From Tubiluchus corallicola (taxonomy: Eukaryota; Animalia; Priapulida): 64,000 bases of DNA. Positions 47,284 to 62,198 of the stretch are shown in pieces; within the stretch, counting starts at the first letter, position 1; each line of letters opens with the position of its first letter. The position numbers and the translations under genes are program-made. Under the pieces are notes generated by a model. The model ran no database searches and had not been told where the DNA came from. It was given only the letters and a program-made list of their open reading frames with translations. The stretch spans positions 27,419 to 91,418 of the forward strand of contig JAQGDQ010000823.1 in the NCBI GenBank assembly GCA_030141605.1. The letters are read 5' to 3'.

Positions 47284-50200
47284 GTGATTTCAGATTGGAG
47301 TTAGTCTAACTCGAGTCGGATGTACGCAAACGAAGCAACTGAAAATAACATCATTACCGCTACTAGACTTTAGACCCAAAAAGTAGAAAAACTATTTAGT
47401 TTGTGAACAATAAGTTTTATGTAATATAGCAAATATTCAGCCGCGTGATGCGAGTAAAAATGGCAATTTATTCGCTTGTAATGAAAACAGCAACTTTGCA
47501 AAAATCCTATTCGCAAACGCTGCAAATAGCTCATTACCAGAAGACGAAATTACAGGCAACAAATTCGTCTTATTTTCGCCGCTGCACAACGCTGATGATT
47601 TCGGGTCATTAATCTTTTATTCAATCAGATGTGCGCGCAGACTAAAAATATGCGAATTGTTCCAGCTTCAATCAGCGTATAGACTTTATACACATGCAGT
47701 ATTCTAACAGCGGCTAACCCAATGTTAAACTGTAAATCAAACCAAGCTACTCTTTAAAATATTGAAAGGAAATATACAATTTTTTCAAAAATGATTTTTG
47801 TGAAAGAATTATTACCACACAAACAATTTCACGTACGTGCCATTAATTCTTCGCTGTTACTTGCATTTTGCCATTCGCTAGTTAGATGGGTACTAGCGCC
47901 TACATTTCGGAAATGCATTGCACAAGAAACGGGTGCTATACGTCTCAGGTCAGATGTGTTAGTTTGTGACGAACAGCACACGTTCGACAGCTCTTGAGTG
48001 AGGACAGCGGTAAATTTAAAATTTTTATCTGAAATTTACCAAACTTTAGTGCAACACAGTGAGTATCTTACAGTACCACTGTACTTCCATTTTTGCTTTC
48101 GCAAACACGTACAACACGCTAATGGAATATTTTTGCTATTGAAAATTAGGTTAGTTTGTGATGTCATCAATAATTGGGCTTGCCTGCCGTTAATTAAGTT
48201 TTTAATATATTATTTAATTATCACAAATGCGTTTGCAGTATAATTGTGTTAAAATGTATAGTTTTTACGGATTTGAAAATGAGGTAGTATATCAAAAATC
48301 ATCTTGTCTTCCTTTAACTATAAGTAAAATGAAACTTTAGGCCCCAAACGCTATGTAAAAATATGTATATTTCGAGTGCATGACTTGTTTCATTTAAAAA
48401 AGTATAATTGAATTGAATTGTTTCAAAGGCTGTACGTTTGTCACAAAATTAAGAAACGCCAAGAAACAACCAACACAAACACTGCAACAACAAAACCCAA
48501 ACTTGAAACCACTAACAACTTGCAGCATTGCAGCACATACAGTATATATACTTTCTATGCAGAGAAAGTGTTGTTGTCACAGCCCACAAATAGCAGATTT
48601 TCGATACAAACTCAAGACTTAAAATGAACGCACAAAACAAAAACGTGATAATCATAAGAAAAAGTTCTATATCAACAACATTATTAGAGCGCCTGCTAGC
48701 GATTTGAAAAGACGTAAAAAAAATTACACTTTGTCACGCAAATCATTAAAACTCGTTGAGTTACAAACACCTGCAAGATTCATCAAAACCTCACCTCATA
48801 TGCTGCAAAACTATAACACAAAAAACAACAACAGTATTTGATTATAAATGTGCAATTTGTAAGTTACATAGATGCAATTTTCTTGCACCAACACTAAAGG
48901 CATATATTAATACAGTGTACCTCAAGTGGGCACGCTGGGACCGCAGCTGTTTAACATCTATTGCATCCATTCACCTATTTATGTCGGTTTCATTATTAAT
49001 GCAAGTACAAAGAGGTTTACAGCGCACGTCAAGCTGCTCAGGCCATAGATTAATTACATAGAACAACAGCTTCTACAAGACGAAAAGCAGAAAATGAAAA
49101 ATCCATCACCAGGGGCATACTCTCCATGAGCAAACTAGATCACAGCTCATTTTGATGGTAATTATTTTAAAAGCACGTGAAGGCACTCTGACGCACGACC
49201 CTTAGTATCTTGTCTTATCTTTCTGATAATCACCTGAGATAAAGAAATTGGCATTTATGTTTGGCGAGCCCTCTAGGACAAACACTATTGATATTTCCTA
49301 GGTCAGCCCAGAGTATTATTCTGGCTAGATTAAACGTGACAAAACCAGCGAGTAATCTATTTATTCATATGAATAATTATTTTGGTCAAAAGAAGCCTAT
49401 CCAGGGCTTCTCACATGAAGCCTAGGAGCACTCTTAATAAATAAAGTTTAAAAAATTCATCTTAAAATTTTATATCACTTGCATGCTTGTCTTATTTTTG
49501 CAGATAGTTAGTTTGTAAATATGAGAAATATGTAAAATGTAAGTTTAAAGTTACATTTTATTTTTTTTTTGCATCTGTAGTTTAATTTTTGCACTGACGC
49601 ACTTGTCTCCAACAGTATATGTTATGCAAATATCACTGATTGAGCATCTTAATATTTTGTTATGATTCTCAATATATTATGGCAAATAAAGATGTTACTT
49701 TTACTACCATTGCATACAGAGCTTGCGTTAGCAGTAATGCTGTATAAAACTTAAAAAATTAAACTCATGCGATGACCATTAGGCGCAAACATTCTATCAG
49801 CAATTCGTTGGAAATAAGTTTAGATAACATCGCACAGAGTTTGAAAAAATAATCAGAGCATTCATAGCACACACTTCACTAACTAAGCAAAAGCATAAAT
49901 TACTTTATATTGTCAGTAAGATCAATAATGTTGCTTTTTGTTGAATCAGCAGTGCACACAGGAAAGGAGATGAAGTGCCGTTTTACCAAATGACAGGAAT
50001 ATTTTAAATTACTAAGAATTTTCTTTTCCAATTACACAAGTTTTTCAAATAAGTAAGCGCAACGCTAAACAATATTACTTTGTGGAAATTTTATTGGGAT
50101 ATATTTTAAAATTCCCATTTTTCCCCTTTAACGATTCGACCTACTAAATCATTCTCAAACGTACCTATAATTGCGCTAGAAGTTTATAATTACAGATACA

Positions 50201-50747
50201 TTTGAGAAAGGTTCAACGAATCGAAACGTCATTTGCTATTGAAACAATTTTCATTTAAGGCACAAGAAAACCGCCCAGCTACATAAAACTTAAAAACATT
50301 GTCTTGAAATGTTATACCGCTTATATACTGCCTTCTTGCATACAGGGCTTGCGTCGGCAGCAACGCTGTATAAAACAAGTGAATGTTAACTCCCGCTATG
50401 ACTGTTAGATGCAGCCATTTTGACGATAAGTCATTTGAAACAAGTTTAGATAGCATTCTGTAACGTTTGAAAAAATAATCAGAGCATTCGTAGCGCACGT
50501 GTCACTAAATGAGTAAAATTTTAAATTATCGTATTTTGTCAACAAGATTAAAAATACGTTTCATTTTCATTTAGGGAGTTCAAGATGCATGGAAAAAGCT
50601 AACACAAAGAAAAGTCTATGAAACCGCCCGAGTGGCTTAACAACAAGCCTAAACAACGTTCCACAAACTGAGAAAAGAAGTTCTTGACTTGACCACCTCC
50701 GCACAAGCCCATAGCCCGCCCTAGTTTCAAAAAGAAGCACGTCTTAC

Positions 50748-50951
50748 CATGTGGACTATTCTACAACGCCTAACACTGTGTAATATTAACCGTATCAAGG
50801 GCACAATTATTGAGGACTGTTCGATGATTCATGGCTCATAATGTTATTAGGTAACCCTTGCAAAACTAAATTGACGTAGGAGGAGGGCTGTTATCTCAAC
50901 AAGGACAAGTGTAGCTACAAGAGAGCACAGGCGTCCCCAGGGGAGGGACAT
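50748..50951 (-). other. Candidate 5'-UTR exon of the plexin gene containing uORFs
   Basis: cttttttccgcttctttctctgcag acceptor and ATG|gtaaga donor; non-repetitive sequence. Confidence 0.5.
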
Positions 50952-51639
50952 CTGCAGAGAAAGAAGCGGAAAAAAGTGATACCAAACATCAGCTTCAAAT
51001 GCTCCCCACATTTGTCCCTCCCCCTATTTACTATTTTTTCTGCAAATTTTATCAGTTTAAACATCCAAAATGGCGAATGTCTTAGTGCTCAAAAATGCTT
51101 AACTATGCTAACCGAAGATTCAATTACGTGTGCTTTATTAGAGGTGCACTTTTCCTCTAAAAGCTATTGGACGGTGGATACTATTCACTAATCTGGTCAT
51201 CTGGACAAACCAAATGCATGCTAACAACAAGCCACAAGATGAAAAGAAGCCAGGAGACAGTCGATAATGGGGGAGAAAGGGGGAAAAGAGAGGAGGAGCT
51301 GGGAGAGACAGAAACCACTCTTTACTTTTAATTGTTCCCCATTCTGATGGAAATGGCACACAACAGCTGTTGCATGCTAATGTACAAAATGACTGGGCTT
51401 CAAATGTGTTTATGACTGAGGAAGTATAATTATCACAAGGAAGCGGTACTGTTACAACCATCCAACAAGCATCTGATGTTATGACACAAGGAAGAGGTAT
51501 TGTTACAACCATCCAATGCATTTACTGATATGACACAAGGAGGAGGTACTGTTACAAAAAACCATCCTGCAATGCATCTGCTGATCTATGATACCCAAAA
51601 AATTACCAGTTCTACGAGGCGAAAGGGTTTGAAGTTTGG

Positions 51640-52380
51640 ACGCAGGAAGTGACAACGTGAAATCTCAGACCGTGAGGATCAAAATCATCAAAATGTTCTA
51701 GTTTTGAAAAGCAAGTGACATACTGAAAACTGATTCCAAAAAAACACTGAGGGTAAAATCATCAAAATGTTCCAAGACATGTTCCAGTTTATAATAGAAA
51801 ATGACACAAAGAAAACTGATTCCCAAGACACTGAGGGTTAAATCACCAAAATATTCCAAGACATGTTCCAGTTTCTAACAGGAAGTGACATAATGAAAAC
51901 TTTTTCCCAAGACACTGAGGGTTAAATCATCAAAATGTTCCAAGACATGTTCCAATTTCTAACAAGAAGTGAAATAATGAAAATTGATTCCCAAGACACT
52001 GAGGGTTAAATCATCAAAATGTTCAAAGACATGTTCCAATTTCTAACAAGAAGTGAAATAATGAAAACTGATTCCCAAGACACTGAGGGTTAAATCATCA
52101 AAATATTCCAAGACATGTTCCAGTTTTTAACAGGAAGTGACAAAATGAAAACTGATTCCCAACACAATGAGGGTCACATTATCAAAATGTTTCAAAATAT
52201 AATGTTCCAGTTTCTCAAAAGAAGTGACATCGTGAAAATATCAGACTGTGAGGATCGAATCATCAAAATGTTTCAAAACACAATGTTCCAGTTCCTCAAA
52301 GGAGGTGACATCATGAAAACTGACTCTCAAGAACATTGAGGATCAAATAAAGAAAATGTTTCAAAACATTATGATGCAGC
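51640..52380. repeat. ~84-bp tandem repeat
   Basis: TTCCAAGACATGTTCCA...GACACTGAGGGTTAAATCATCAAAA recurs (51854, 51938). Confidence 0.85.
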
Positions 52381-54409
52381 TTCCAAAACTATAGAAACAA
52401 AGCACTTAAAATTGTTGAATATTGACGCTTACAATGCATCGAAGTCGTCTGTCTCTTCCAAAATCTTACATCCTAATTTCAACGCTTAGCAAATGTTGAT
52501 GGCAATTCAAAATGTTACTGAAGTACTACAAGTATTTTAGTAATAGCAGAAAAAGCCAACTTTCTGCATACATGTCCTAGATGACGTATTCGGTATTAAA
52601 ATTTTAGTAGATGGTGACCACACCTTAATGCCAATAAACCTTTTCACAGTTTCGTTGTGCGCATGCACCATTGCTGTAGGTCAAAGGTGAAGTGTACCAC
52701 AACAATGCGCCTTAAATACAATCGTCACGTGACATGCGGGTAACGCAAAGCATCAGTTCAGTAACTTCAGTTGTCTTATGTGGAGTTTACATAATTATGC
52801 ATTTGTCTGCGTAGGATCTTGCTTGGGAACAAGAAAAAATGAACTAGGTAAAGTTCTATAGTTAGCATTCGTCCCTTTTCTTAATTACAATTACAATAGC
52901 AAGGCATTGTCAAGTGTACACAAATACACTGTCTGGTACACTTAACCTTTGACCTTTTCACGATCATCATCAATCGCTGGAACTGTGAAAAGGCTTATTT
53001 ACATTACTAAACACTTACCAAACGGCCATTGCATAGTTGGACGTGTGTCTTTCTAAAATTATAGCAAGAGTAATCGGTCCTGGCTATTGCATCTGTGATA
53101 ACTGTAAGAAAAATAAAACAAAGTAAATGGAATTGCTTCAATACTTTTGCCAGCTGTAGACAGACGGTCATGCTTTTCACAGTCTTACCCTGGACATTAC
53201 CAGACGCAGCGCAGCTAGTTATAAACCCATTTTTCCCTCGAGCTGCTTATTTACAAAATTCTTGTCTTGGACAGCCATTGACATTGTTGAGGTTAATTTG
53301 TATTAAGACATCAAAACACTGAAATTCATAACTTAAAAGAAAGGACAACGCACTTAATATTTTGGGTTTATTTTACTTTTACTTAGAAAAATATAACAAA
53401 AAAATGTGCATAAAAACTGTCTACAAAACGTAAAATTAATTTATATTGTTGCCACATACAAATTTTCAAGTGCAGTGGTAGTCGCCAGTCTTTTGAAAAT
53501 GATGAAGTAAATGGTGGAATTCGTAAATTTTCGTAAGCACATCGTGGCTTTCCGAAAGTGCGCGCTACTTAAACTAATTCAAACTTCTGCAGCATACCTA
53601 GTGTTCATGCACAAATATCACAAAATTAGCTCTCTACTTGTTTGTAAAAACTTCTTATAGGGTTGGCAGAAATTGACAGTGCTCTGCTTTTCTTTATCCA
53701 ACAAATGACGTCATTGGTGGAAGAACGGGGGCGTTCAAATTGGAAGCGCCCAAGTGTGAATCGCACTTTTAATTCTAAATCCAATTTTTCGTGAACATTG
53801 AAATAAGCCTAACTTCACAGAAGGCTTGACTTTTCCTTTAACCAATGAAAACCATTAAACTCAACTAATCACTGAATGATTCGTTCATACTTAATCGATG
53901 AAAACGTCACCAATGAAAGTCGCTATTGAAAGGAATTAATATTAACAACAACAATTATGAAGCCAGAACGTAATCCTTTACAGCATGGCTTCAAAATATA
54001 AGAAACAATTGCTAACTTTTATAGGCAAGAAAATGTATGTTTCGGACAGTAAATAAAAATGAGATTCAGTCTAAACAATCGTCCGGTTTCCCCTTTACGA
54101 TGCCTCATTTTATTAATGTAACTACTGAATTGCATGCTATAGCAAATGCTTCAACAAATCACAGAGAGCCCTCTAACGAAAGAGTCAAAAACTTAATTAC
54201 CATCAAGCTAGCAACCACGGCTATACAGACCTAATTAACTCAAGCATTTCAAAGTGTTGTAATTAAGGTTGTTAGCTCGTTCAGAAAGCTCATTAAAACC
54301 TGCAGCAGCCAGGAGAGTTGCGATTAGCTTAAAATAACTGCTAATGAGTCCTGCCATGCTGCTTATCTTCCTGATATTTAGTGTTTAAATATTAAGATAC
54401 TGAAAGCAC

Positions 54410-55240
54410 CCTGCTGTGTTGCTGCCGATCTTGTTGGTGTTCTTAACATGTTGCTCGGAACCCCCTACCTTGTACTGTTGCTGGTCTTGTTGTGCTGTTA
54501 ACATGTTGCTTTCTCTGAAGCTAACGGAAGCATCCTCCTGGTGTTGCTGCCTGTCTTGTAGGAACTCTTAAAATGTTACTTCCTCAGAAATTAATGGTAG
54601 TGGTCTCCTGTATTGCTGCCGGTCTTGTTGTGCTGTTAACATGTTGCTTCCTCAGAAGATAATGGAAGCATCCTCGTGTGTTGCTGCCGGTCTTGTTGTG
54701 CTGTTAACATGTTGCTTCCTCAGAAATTAATGGTAGTGGTCTCCTGTATTGCTGCCGGTTTTGTTGTGCTGTTAACATGTTGCTTCCTCAGAAGTTAATG
54801 GTAGTGGTCTCCTGTATTGCTGCCGGTTTTGTTGTGCTGTTAACATGTTGTTTCCTCAGAAGATAATGGAAGCATCCTCCTGTGTTGTTGCCAGTCTTGT
54901 TGTGCTGTTAACATGTTGCTTCCTCAGAAGCTAATGGAAGCATCCTCCTGTATTGCTGCCGGTCTTGTTGTGCTGTTAACATGTTGCTTCCTCAGGAGAT
55001 AATGGAAGCATCCTCCTGTGTTGTTGCCAGTCTTGTTGTGCTGTTAACATGTTGTTTCCTCAGAAGCTAATGGAAGCATCCTCCTGTATTGCTGCCGGTC
55101 TTGTTGTGCTGTTAACATGTTGCTTCCTCAGGAGATAATGGAAGCATCCTCGTGTATTGTTGCCGGTCTTGTTGCGCTGTTAACATGTTGCTTCCTCAGG
55201 AGATAATGGAAGAATCCTCCTGTGTTGTTGCCGGGCTTGT
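54410..55240. repeat. 68-bp tandem repeat, ~12 copies
   Basis: GCTGCCGGTCTTGTTGTGCTGTTAACATGTTGCTTCCTCAG... at 54615, 54683 and onward. Confidence 0.9.
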
Positions 55241-56679
55241 CCCCCAAAGAAATAATCCCTTTTATTTCTAGTTTCTCTAAACATTCCGTTTCTGGAGCCA
55301 CGCCATTGCACTGCGGCTAATCTTGTGCGCAAGCGTAATAAGTACCACTTTCTAGAAGTTATAATGCATGATATTTACTAAACCAGTTATTTTCAAAAGC
55401 ACTGCGCAGGTATAGTTGCAACGTAACTGCACTTAGACAAATTCCCCCACTGCAAAACGTTTAATTAATAGCCACATTGATACATTCTACAGCTCCCCGC
55501 TAGGCATGGATACGCCCTTAACGGAGGTACCCTGAGGGACGTCAGGGGAAACCATTTAGTCTTCTCGTTGCTTTCCTTCTTGGCATAAATGGGTAGCACG
55601 ATATTAAGTTATGACGATTTATGCAAGACGAGCCCGGGCGTAAAAATCTCGCATAAATTTACATTTGCAAATCACGCGGAGTGCGCTGATTGTCAAATTG
55701 CGCGTTGCTGATTTGATAAATGCAAGTTATGCACGCTGCTTGCTCTTAAACAATGCTTGTTACTTAGGAATTACTAGTGAACATGATTAATTCAGGGCTC
55801 TGACGACTAAGAACGTACGCTAAAATTAATGCCTCCAAATGGCGGGAAAACTCCTTTTTTTGACAAGAAATTTGGTCCTTGCCATACATGGTAAGCCAAA
55901 ATGTCAGGTACACAGAAGAAGAAACACTTTATTTTACAAACATAAACACAAGTTCAGTTAACAAATCACAGACTTAACGGACAAGAAAAGCGGTACCTGA
56001 AGTAGGTAGAAAAATCGCCTTAAAATTATATTACTTTACAGCAATTTTATGCGTTCATCGTACTTGCGTTGAAAGGAATTTTTGTTTGTTTTCATTTTAA
56101 ATCTCCCGCAATACTGTTCCAACCGCGCCATTACATGACGTCATATACGCACAACGAAAATCAGGGGAAGAAAAGGCAAAGTTAAACTATGTCCCAATAA
56201 ACTTTCCATGCAAATCCATATTACTTAGCATTTCGCTTACCTGCTTGAAAGACTTACCTAACACATAATAATAATTTAAAATGTATGTGCCAATTGGTAA
56301 AATGTCGCTGACTCACCCGCCAGGGTGCACCACTCACTAACCAAAAACGTATTTTTAATCTTACTGACAAGATACAGAAATTTAAATTTTTACTATTACT
56401 TTAAATTTAGTAACGAGTACGCTACGAGTTCCCTGATTATTTTTCAAACTTTACACAGTGTTATCTAAACTTTTTTCAACTGACTTATCGACAAAATGGC
56501 TGCGTTTAACGGTCGTCGCCAAAGTTTAAATTTACATGTTTTATACAGTGTTATTGTCGATGCAAGTCCTGTATGCAAAAAGACAGTGCACGTAAGTGTT
56601 AAAAATTTCGAGATGAATTTTTTTAAGCTTTAAAGGTTAAGCATGCAGAGGGTTTTCTTGTGCTTTAAAATAAAAAAGC

Positions 56680-58479
56680 ATACAGAAATACATCCCTACA
56701 TTAAGACAAAAATACCATAATTTATAACAAACACAACTACGTAATTTATATCACAGTGCTGGTTGAATGGCATATATCAATTCGAGGTGAAATTAATTTG
56801 TACCTCTTAATTTATTTCAACATATTGTTGACATTTTATGCACATAGTTAGTCAATTTCTTAGCTTTCACATCTCAACTTTTATTAAAAAATATAAACTT
56901 ATCAATATCACACGTGGATGGGAATTCTGGAAAAATATCTGATATTTGGTTTAAGAACACAGCCCTTTCTTTACAATATGTATTGCATTTCCTGTTAGTA
57001 GAGTAGATTGGGTGCTTAGCTAGGATGATTGCTAAGATGCTAAAGCAGAATGACTATCAGAACATTAATATAAAATAACAGCCACTCGTATCGGTCAATT
57101 GCTCTGTAGTCCATACAAGCCATCCGGCACACGAAAACGGTTTTAATTTTAATATATAGCTTCTAGATTCATAATAATATAAAACTTTGTTACGTTTTGT
57201 GAGGCGAGGGCGTCGTCAGTGATGGAACAGCTCATTGAAAGCTTTAAATCCTGTTGCAATTGTACGTACTGTTGTTGCAATAAAATTACATTAATTAAAC
57301 TAAACTTTGTTAACTTAAACCCATAAAAGCACGACTGAAGCCTCACTCCACACTTGTAGTACCAGCATGGGTATAACACGTTTAGTGAATTATAACAGCA
57401 GGCAGGGTAGCTGTGAGAGTCCTTTGTAGCTGACCAGATAAGCCATCGCCTTAGACCTTCGACGACACAATCTTGAAGCCAAAACGAAAAGGCAAGAAAA
57501 CACCTCGTTCCACTACTCCACCTACACAACTTCCAATTACTAGACAAGCCTGAGCGTAATAGGGTGTTTCGTTGCTTAAATAGATTAAGCACTGCATGTT
57601 AGCACAGCACTCAAATGTCACAATTACAAGACAGGCTAATCTGTCATTCATGGAAATGAAATTGAGTTCTTACTCAACCAATGCATTTTTGTCATTTTCC
57701 TATGCAGCCCTCTTTGCCCCTCTTTCATATTGTCACAGCATGAGTCATTGGAAGCAACTAATCCCTTTAATCGTGTATAAAATTATCACTGTGATAGAGT
57801 CGGATTAATTATTGGTTAATGTTCAACGATAAAGAGATATCAGATATAAATGTGTGATTGCGAGCAGTTAGAGTATGTGATTCATACTGTGGCAGAAGTA
57901 GCTGACAATGCCATTATTGTTATTGTAGATACGATTGAAAAGAGATTTGAACATGACGAAGTAGCTGTTAAGTGGAGTCTGTACGTGATCCTACTCAAAA
58001 CCGTGTAATGGGTCATTCAGTGGGGAATATATGAAATGGGGGGTCTTCGAAACAGCACAAATGATATTCTATGGGAAATATTAAACTGATGGAAATGAAT
58101 AGAGTCCTCTAGTGGTACAAAATGAAGACTGTAATATATGAAATGGGGGTCATCGAAACAGCATAAATTATATTCTATGGGGAATGTCAAACTGATGGAA
58201 ATGAATAGAGGCTGCGCAAGAGCTCTCTTGTGGTTAAAAACAAAGACTGAAATAATTGAAATGGGAGGTCCAAAACAGCTGTGATACTCTATGGGAATGT
58301 TAAACTGATGGAAATGAACAGAGGCTCCGTAAGAGACCTCTAGTAGTTAAATGAAACAGAAATTACAAACAAACGGGCTCGCATACAAACAGATAGACAA
58401 ACAGACAGACAGACTATACAGACAAACAAACAAATGAACAAACAGAGAGACAGATAGACAAGCACACGAACAAACAAAT
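56680..58479. repeat. Left arm of a long inverted duplication
   Basis: Near-identical reverse complement of 62199-64000. Confidence 0.95.
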
Positions 58480-58660
58480 AGAGAAACATACAAACAAACG
58501 AGCACACATACAAACACATAGACAAACATACAGACAAACAAACAAATAAACTTACAAATGAACAAACAGACAAACACACGAACAAACAAACATAGAAACA
58601 TACAAACAAACGAGCAAACAAACAAACAGATAGACAAACAGACAGACAGGCAAACAAGTA
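58380..58660. repeat. (CAAA/CAGA)n degenerate microsatellite
   Basis: Directly visible. Confidence 0.9.
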
Positions 58661-59454
58661 AACAAAATTTGCAGGTTATTAGCAATTATTCAACTATTAT
58701 AAATTTAGCACGTCTAGCAGATCGTAGCTTTTCCTGATCTTGACATTTTCTGTTTGCAGCCTTTTACACTAAATCTATTTACATCATAGAATTTACACTA
58801 ATCAACAAGCTTAGTTACTAACACCAATCAAAAAACGCACAATCAAACACACAGCTGCACATCACACCACGAAGCATATGTGGTGGTTGCCTGGTAGTAA
58901 GCAAAGAAGCTGATATAATAACAGTACAAAGACATATTTTAACCTCATACGTCGCCACCATCAGGAGACGGATCCACGTTCAAAAATGGGGGCAAATTAA
59001 GCTAGTATATAAGCTAAAACTTTGGGTAGTTTCGTAGAGCAAATTGAACAATAGGAACAACATTGGAATTACATTCTAAAAATAAAATTATACATTAGAT
59101 GGACTTTAAAGAGAATGTATGTTTTGTCATCAACGAAGAGCCCACCCTCCACCATTCTTGGGTCAGCCCAGCATTTCACAACAGACACCTGGTCACCACG
59201 CCTCTACTTGGGAGGCCATATATTATCAGAGATGTTTATTTCGTCTTTTATTCTAGTCAAGAATAACTTTTGATAATGCAGTGACATTGGTCAACGATTT
59301 GGTAACAGCTGTGTGGTGATAATAATACGTGGCACGCTAATTCAGTTATGAATATTACGTTGAGAATTATATTACTCTCAAAATGTTTCATTTTTCTGGC
59401 GCTAGAAGGCGCCATGACTCCAACCTACCTGTGAATCTGTAACTGCAAATTTTT

Positions 59455-59720
59455 GCTGGGTCGTTGGTTGTTGGTTGGTAGGCTGGTTGCTTGGTTGCTT
59501 GGCTGGTCGGTTGGGCGGACGTATGGATGGACGAATAGATGACAGATGGATGGATGGATGGATGGATGGATGGATGGATGGATGGATGGACGGACGGACG
59601 GACGGACGGACGGACGGACGGACGGTTAAACAGCTTGTTTCTTGGTTTGTTGGCAGGCTCGTTGATTGACTCACTGGCTAACTGACAAGTTGATGGGCCT
59701 GATGACTGTTTGGTTTGTTA
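59455..59720. repeat. (GGTT)/(GGAT)n/(GGAC)n compound microsatellite
   Basis: Directly visible. Confidence 0.9.
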
Positions 59721-61344
59721 CTTGTTTGACTGATTGTTTGTCCGCTTAATCATTTTTGTTTATTAAAAAAATAAATAAATAAATAAGAAACAGTTATCAA
59801 AAGCAAATAGGCTAATTTCAGTGACCACCGAGAAGCCCCAAGTGTTAACACCAAAATCAAAGTTCAACACAGTCCTAGCATCGTAGAGGCGTCAAAGCTT
59901 TCAAGAAACACGTGGGCGCAGTAAAACAGCAGGCCCGACACCAGGGAGTCCTAAACACTACGGCGACAATTTGGCGCAGTATAATCATCGCAGAAAGTGG
60001 TACAGGTTATCAAACGTGATTTTATGGGACGCGAAAAGGATTTGGCAAAACGTAAAAATATGTAGGTTAACACTTTCCCTAGGAACACTGCGCATAATAA
60101 CAAAAATTTCACGGTCTCCCTAAAGAAAACAGTAGAAACCATGCGCCTCTTATGTGTATAGGGTACAAGGGGAAGAATGGGGTAAGGTGGTAAAAGTTGG
60201 CGAAACCAAAATGGCAATCCGTCTAGATGTTTAAAACTACTTAATAAATTGACATCTTTTTGACAAAAGAAATGGACAAGTAATACCAATTAAGAGTGCA
60301 TTAAGTGGCTGCTCACATCATGGCTTTTCAAGATTTAAAGGAAGACAGGACGACATTTCATAGACCACCTCATTTTCAAGTCAAATAAAAAGTATACATT
60401 TTAACACAATTAATACCGCAAAAGCGGTTCTGATAATTAAATAATAGATTAAAAACTTAATTAACGACGAGCGAGCCCAACTATTGATGACATCACAAAG
60501 TAACATAATTTTCAACAGCAAAAATATTCCACAAGCGCGCGTAGCACACACGGCACTAACTGAGTAACATTTTAAATTACTGTATCTTGTCAATAAGATT
60601 AAAAATACGTTTTTGGTTAGTAAGTGGTGTACCCAGGAGAGTGAGCCAGCGATATTTTACCAACTGGCATGGACATTTTAAATTATTATTTCTAGTTACA
60701 TAAGTCTTTCCAGCAGGAAATCAAAATCCTAAGTAATATAGATTTGCACGGAAAGTTTTTTGGGTCATAATTTAACATTGCCGTTTCTTCCCCTGATTTA
60801 CGTTGTGCGTATATGACTTCATGTAATGGCGCCGTCGGAACAGCAGTGAGGGATATTTAAAATGAAAACAAACAAAAATTCCTTTTAACGCGAGTACGAT
60901 GTACGCATAAGATTGTTATAAAGTCATATAGGTTTTAAGGCGATTTTTCTGAAACCTACTTCAGGTACCCCTTTTCTTGATCTTTACGGGGTCAAATTTT
61001 TACCAAAAGGCCAATTCCTCTAGCAGTCTGTACATTAGATTTTCAAACTCAAACGTTTTGTTAATAAGAATAATAGCAACACAATTGCGGAAACAATTTA
61101 TTTTCCAGTATCCACACACCAGTTCAACCAGTAACCAAATACCTTAGCGAAAGTCTGTGCAGAAGATAATCGCCCTGTCTAATTTAGTTAAGAAAATATT
61201 GACTTTAGACGGACGCTTTGAAAAGCAGACAATAGACTTCTCTTCACCGGAACACACTAAGTAATGCTTAAGCTCTCATTCTATTTCGAGTAATTTGTTA
61301 GAGTTGTGTTAGAATGTACAGTAGACATTTGTAATTGAATTCTG

Positions 61345-61710
61345 CGCAGGTTGGTGCTGCACAGCCACGTCAGAAGACGAGTGTGGGTGGGTGTGAACTA
61401 GAGGAGCCGACTCTGCTTACTAGTTATGCAGGTTGCGGTTTACGCGATGAATGGGAAGAGTACATTGTTATCAAGTGCAGGTTGGTTGCTACACAGCCAC
61501 GTCAGAAGACGATTGTGGGTGGATGCGAACTAGAGGAGCCGACTCTGCTTACTAGTTATGCAGGTTGCGGTTTACGCGATGAATGGGAAGAGTACATTGT
61601 TATCAAGTGCAGCTTGGTTGCTGCACAGCCACGTCAGAAGACGATTGTGGGTGGATGCGAACTAGAGGAGCCGACTCTGCTTACTAGTTGTGCAGGTTGC
61701 GGTTTACTCG
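61345..61710. repeat. 132-bp tandem repeat, ~2.7 copies
   Basis: 44-aa periodicity in ORF 61335-61826 and the direct DNA repeat. Confidence 0.9.
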
Positions 61711-62198
61711 ATGTAAATACAATCAGATATACAAGTTTTTTTGCAAGTCAGTTGAACGAAAAAAGGATAAAGATAAATATGCTTGTGACTTGGATCCCTA
61801 GTAAAAGGGGGTTCTACCGCGTGTGACAACAGCCAACAGCCAAGCTCTTTTATTCAGCACAACCCCATAGAAAAAGTCAACACTGCAACATTTGCTAAAA
61901 GAGTTCATTAGAGATGATTTAGCTGGCGCAGTTAATATACGTGAACATAGCCTAAGGTTCAAACATGAAATCCCTGCAACTCTGATACTCGTTGTTCTGT
62001 GTCTGATGACATTTAGCGAGTGTGCTGCCGCCTGCGGGGACAAAATATTCTTACATTATAAAATGAATCTCCTATAACCCCCCCCCCCCCCCCCCGACAC
62101 AAACAGAATTAACAGCAGCTGCCCTAGAGGACACAGACAGCATATGCAGTTAGTAATTGGAGTTTTATAAAGAAAGATAAATATTTTCGGGGCAATCA

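Noticed and set aside
48795-48802. 8-nt micro-exon (ttttgcag|CATATGAG|gtgagg) on the minus strand
   Set aside because: Such motif pairs arise by chance; no supporting evidence
57149-57592. 147-aa ORF duplicated at 63091-63366
   Set aside because: Non-ATG start, no domain, and the second copy is frameshifted; explained by the inverted duplication
61335-61826. 163-aa repetitive ORF
   Set aside because: Open only because the 132-bp unit is a multiple of three; no splice or domain support
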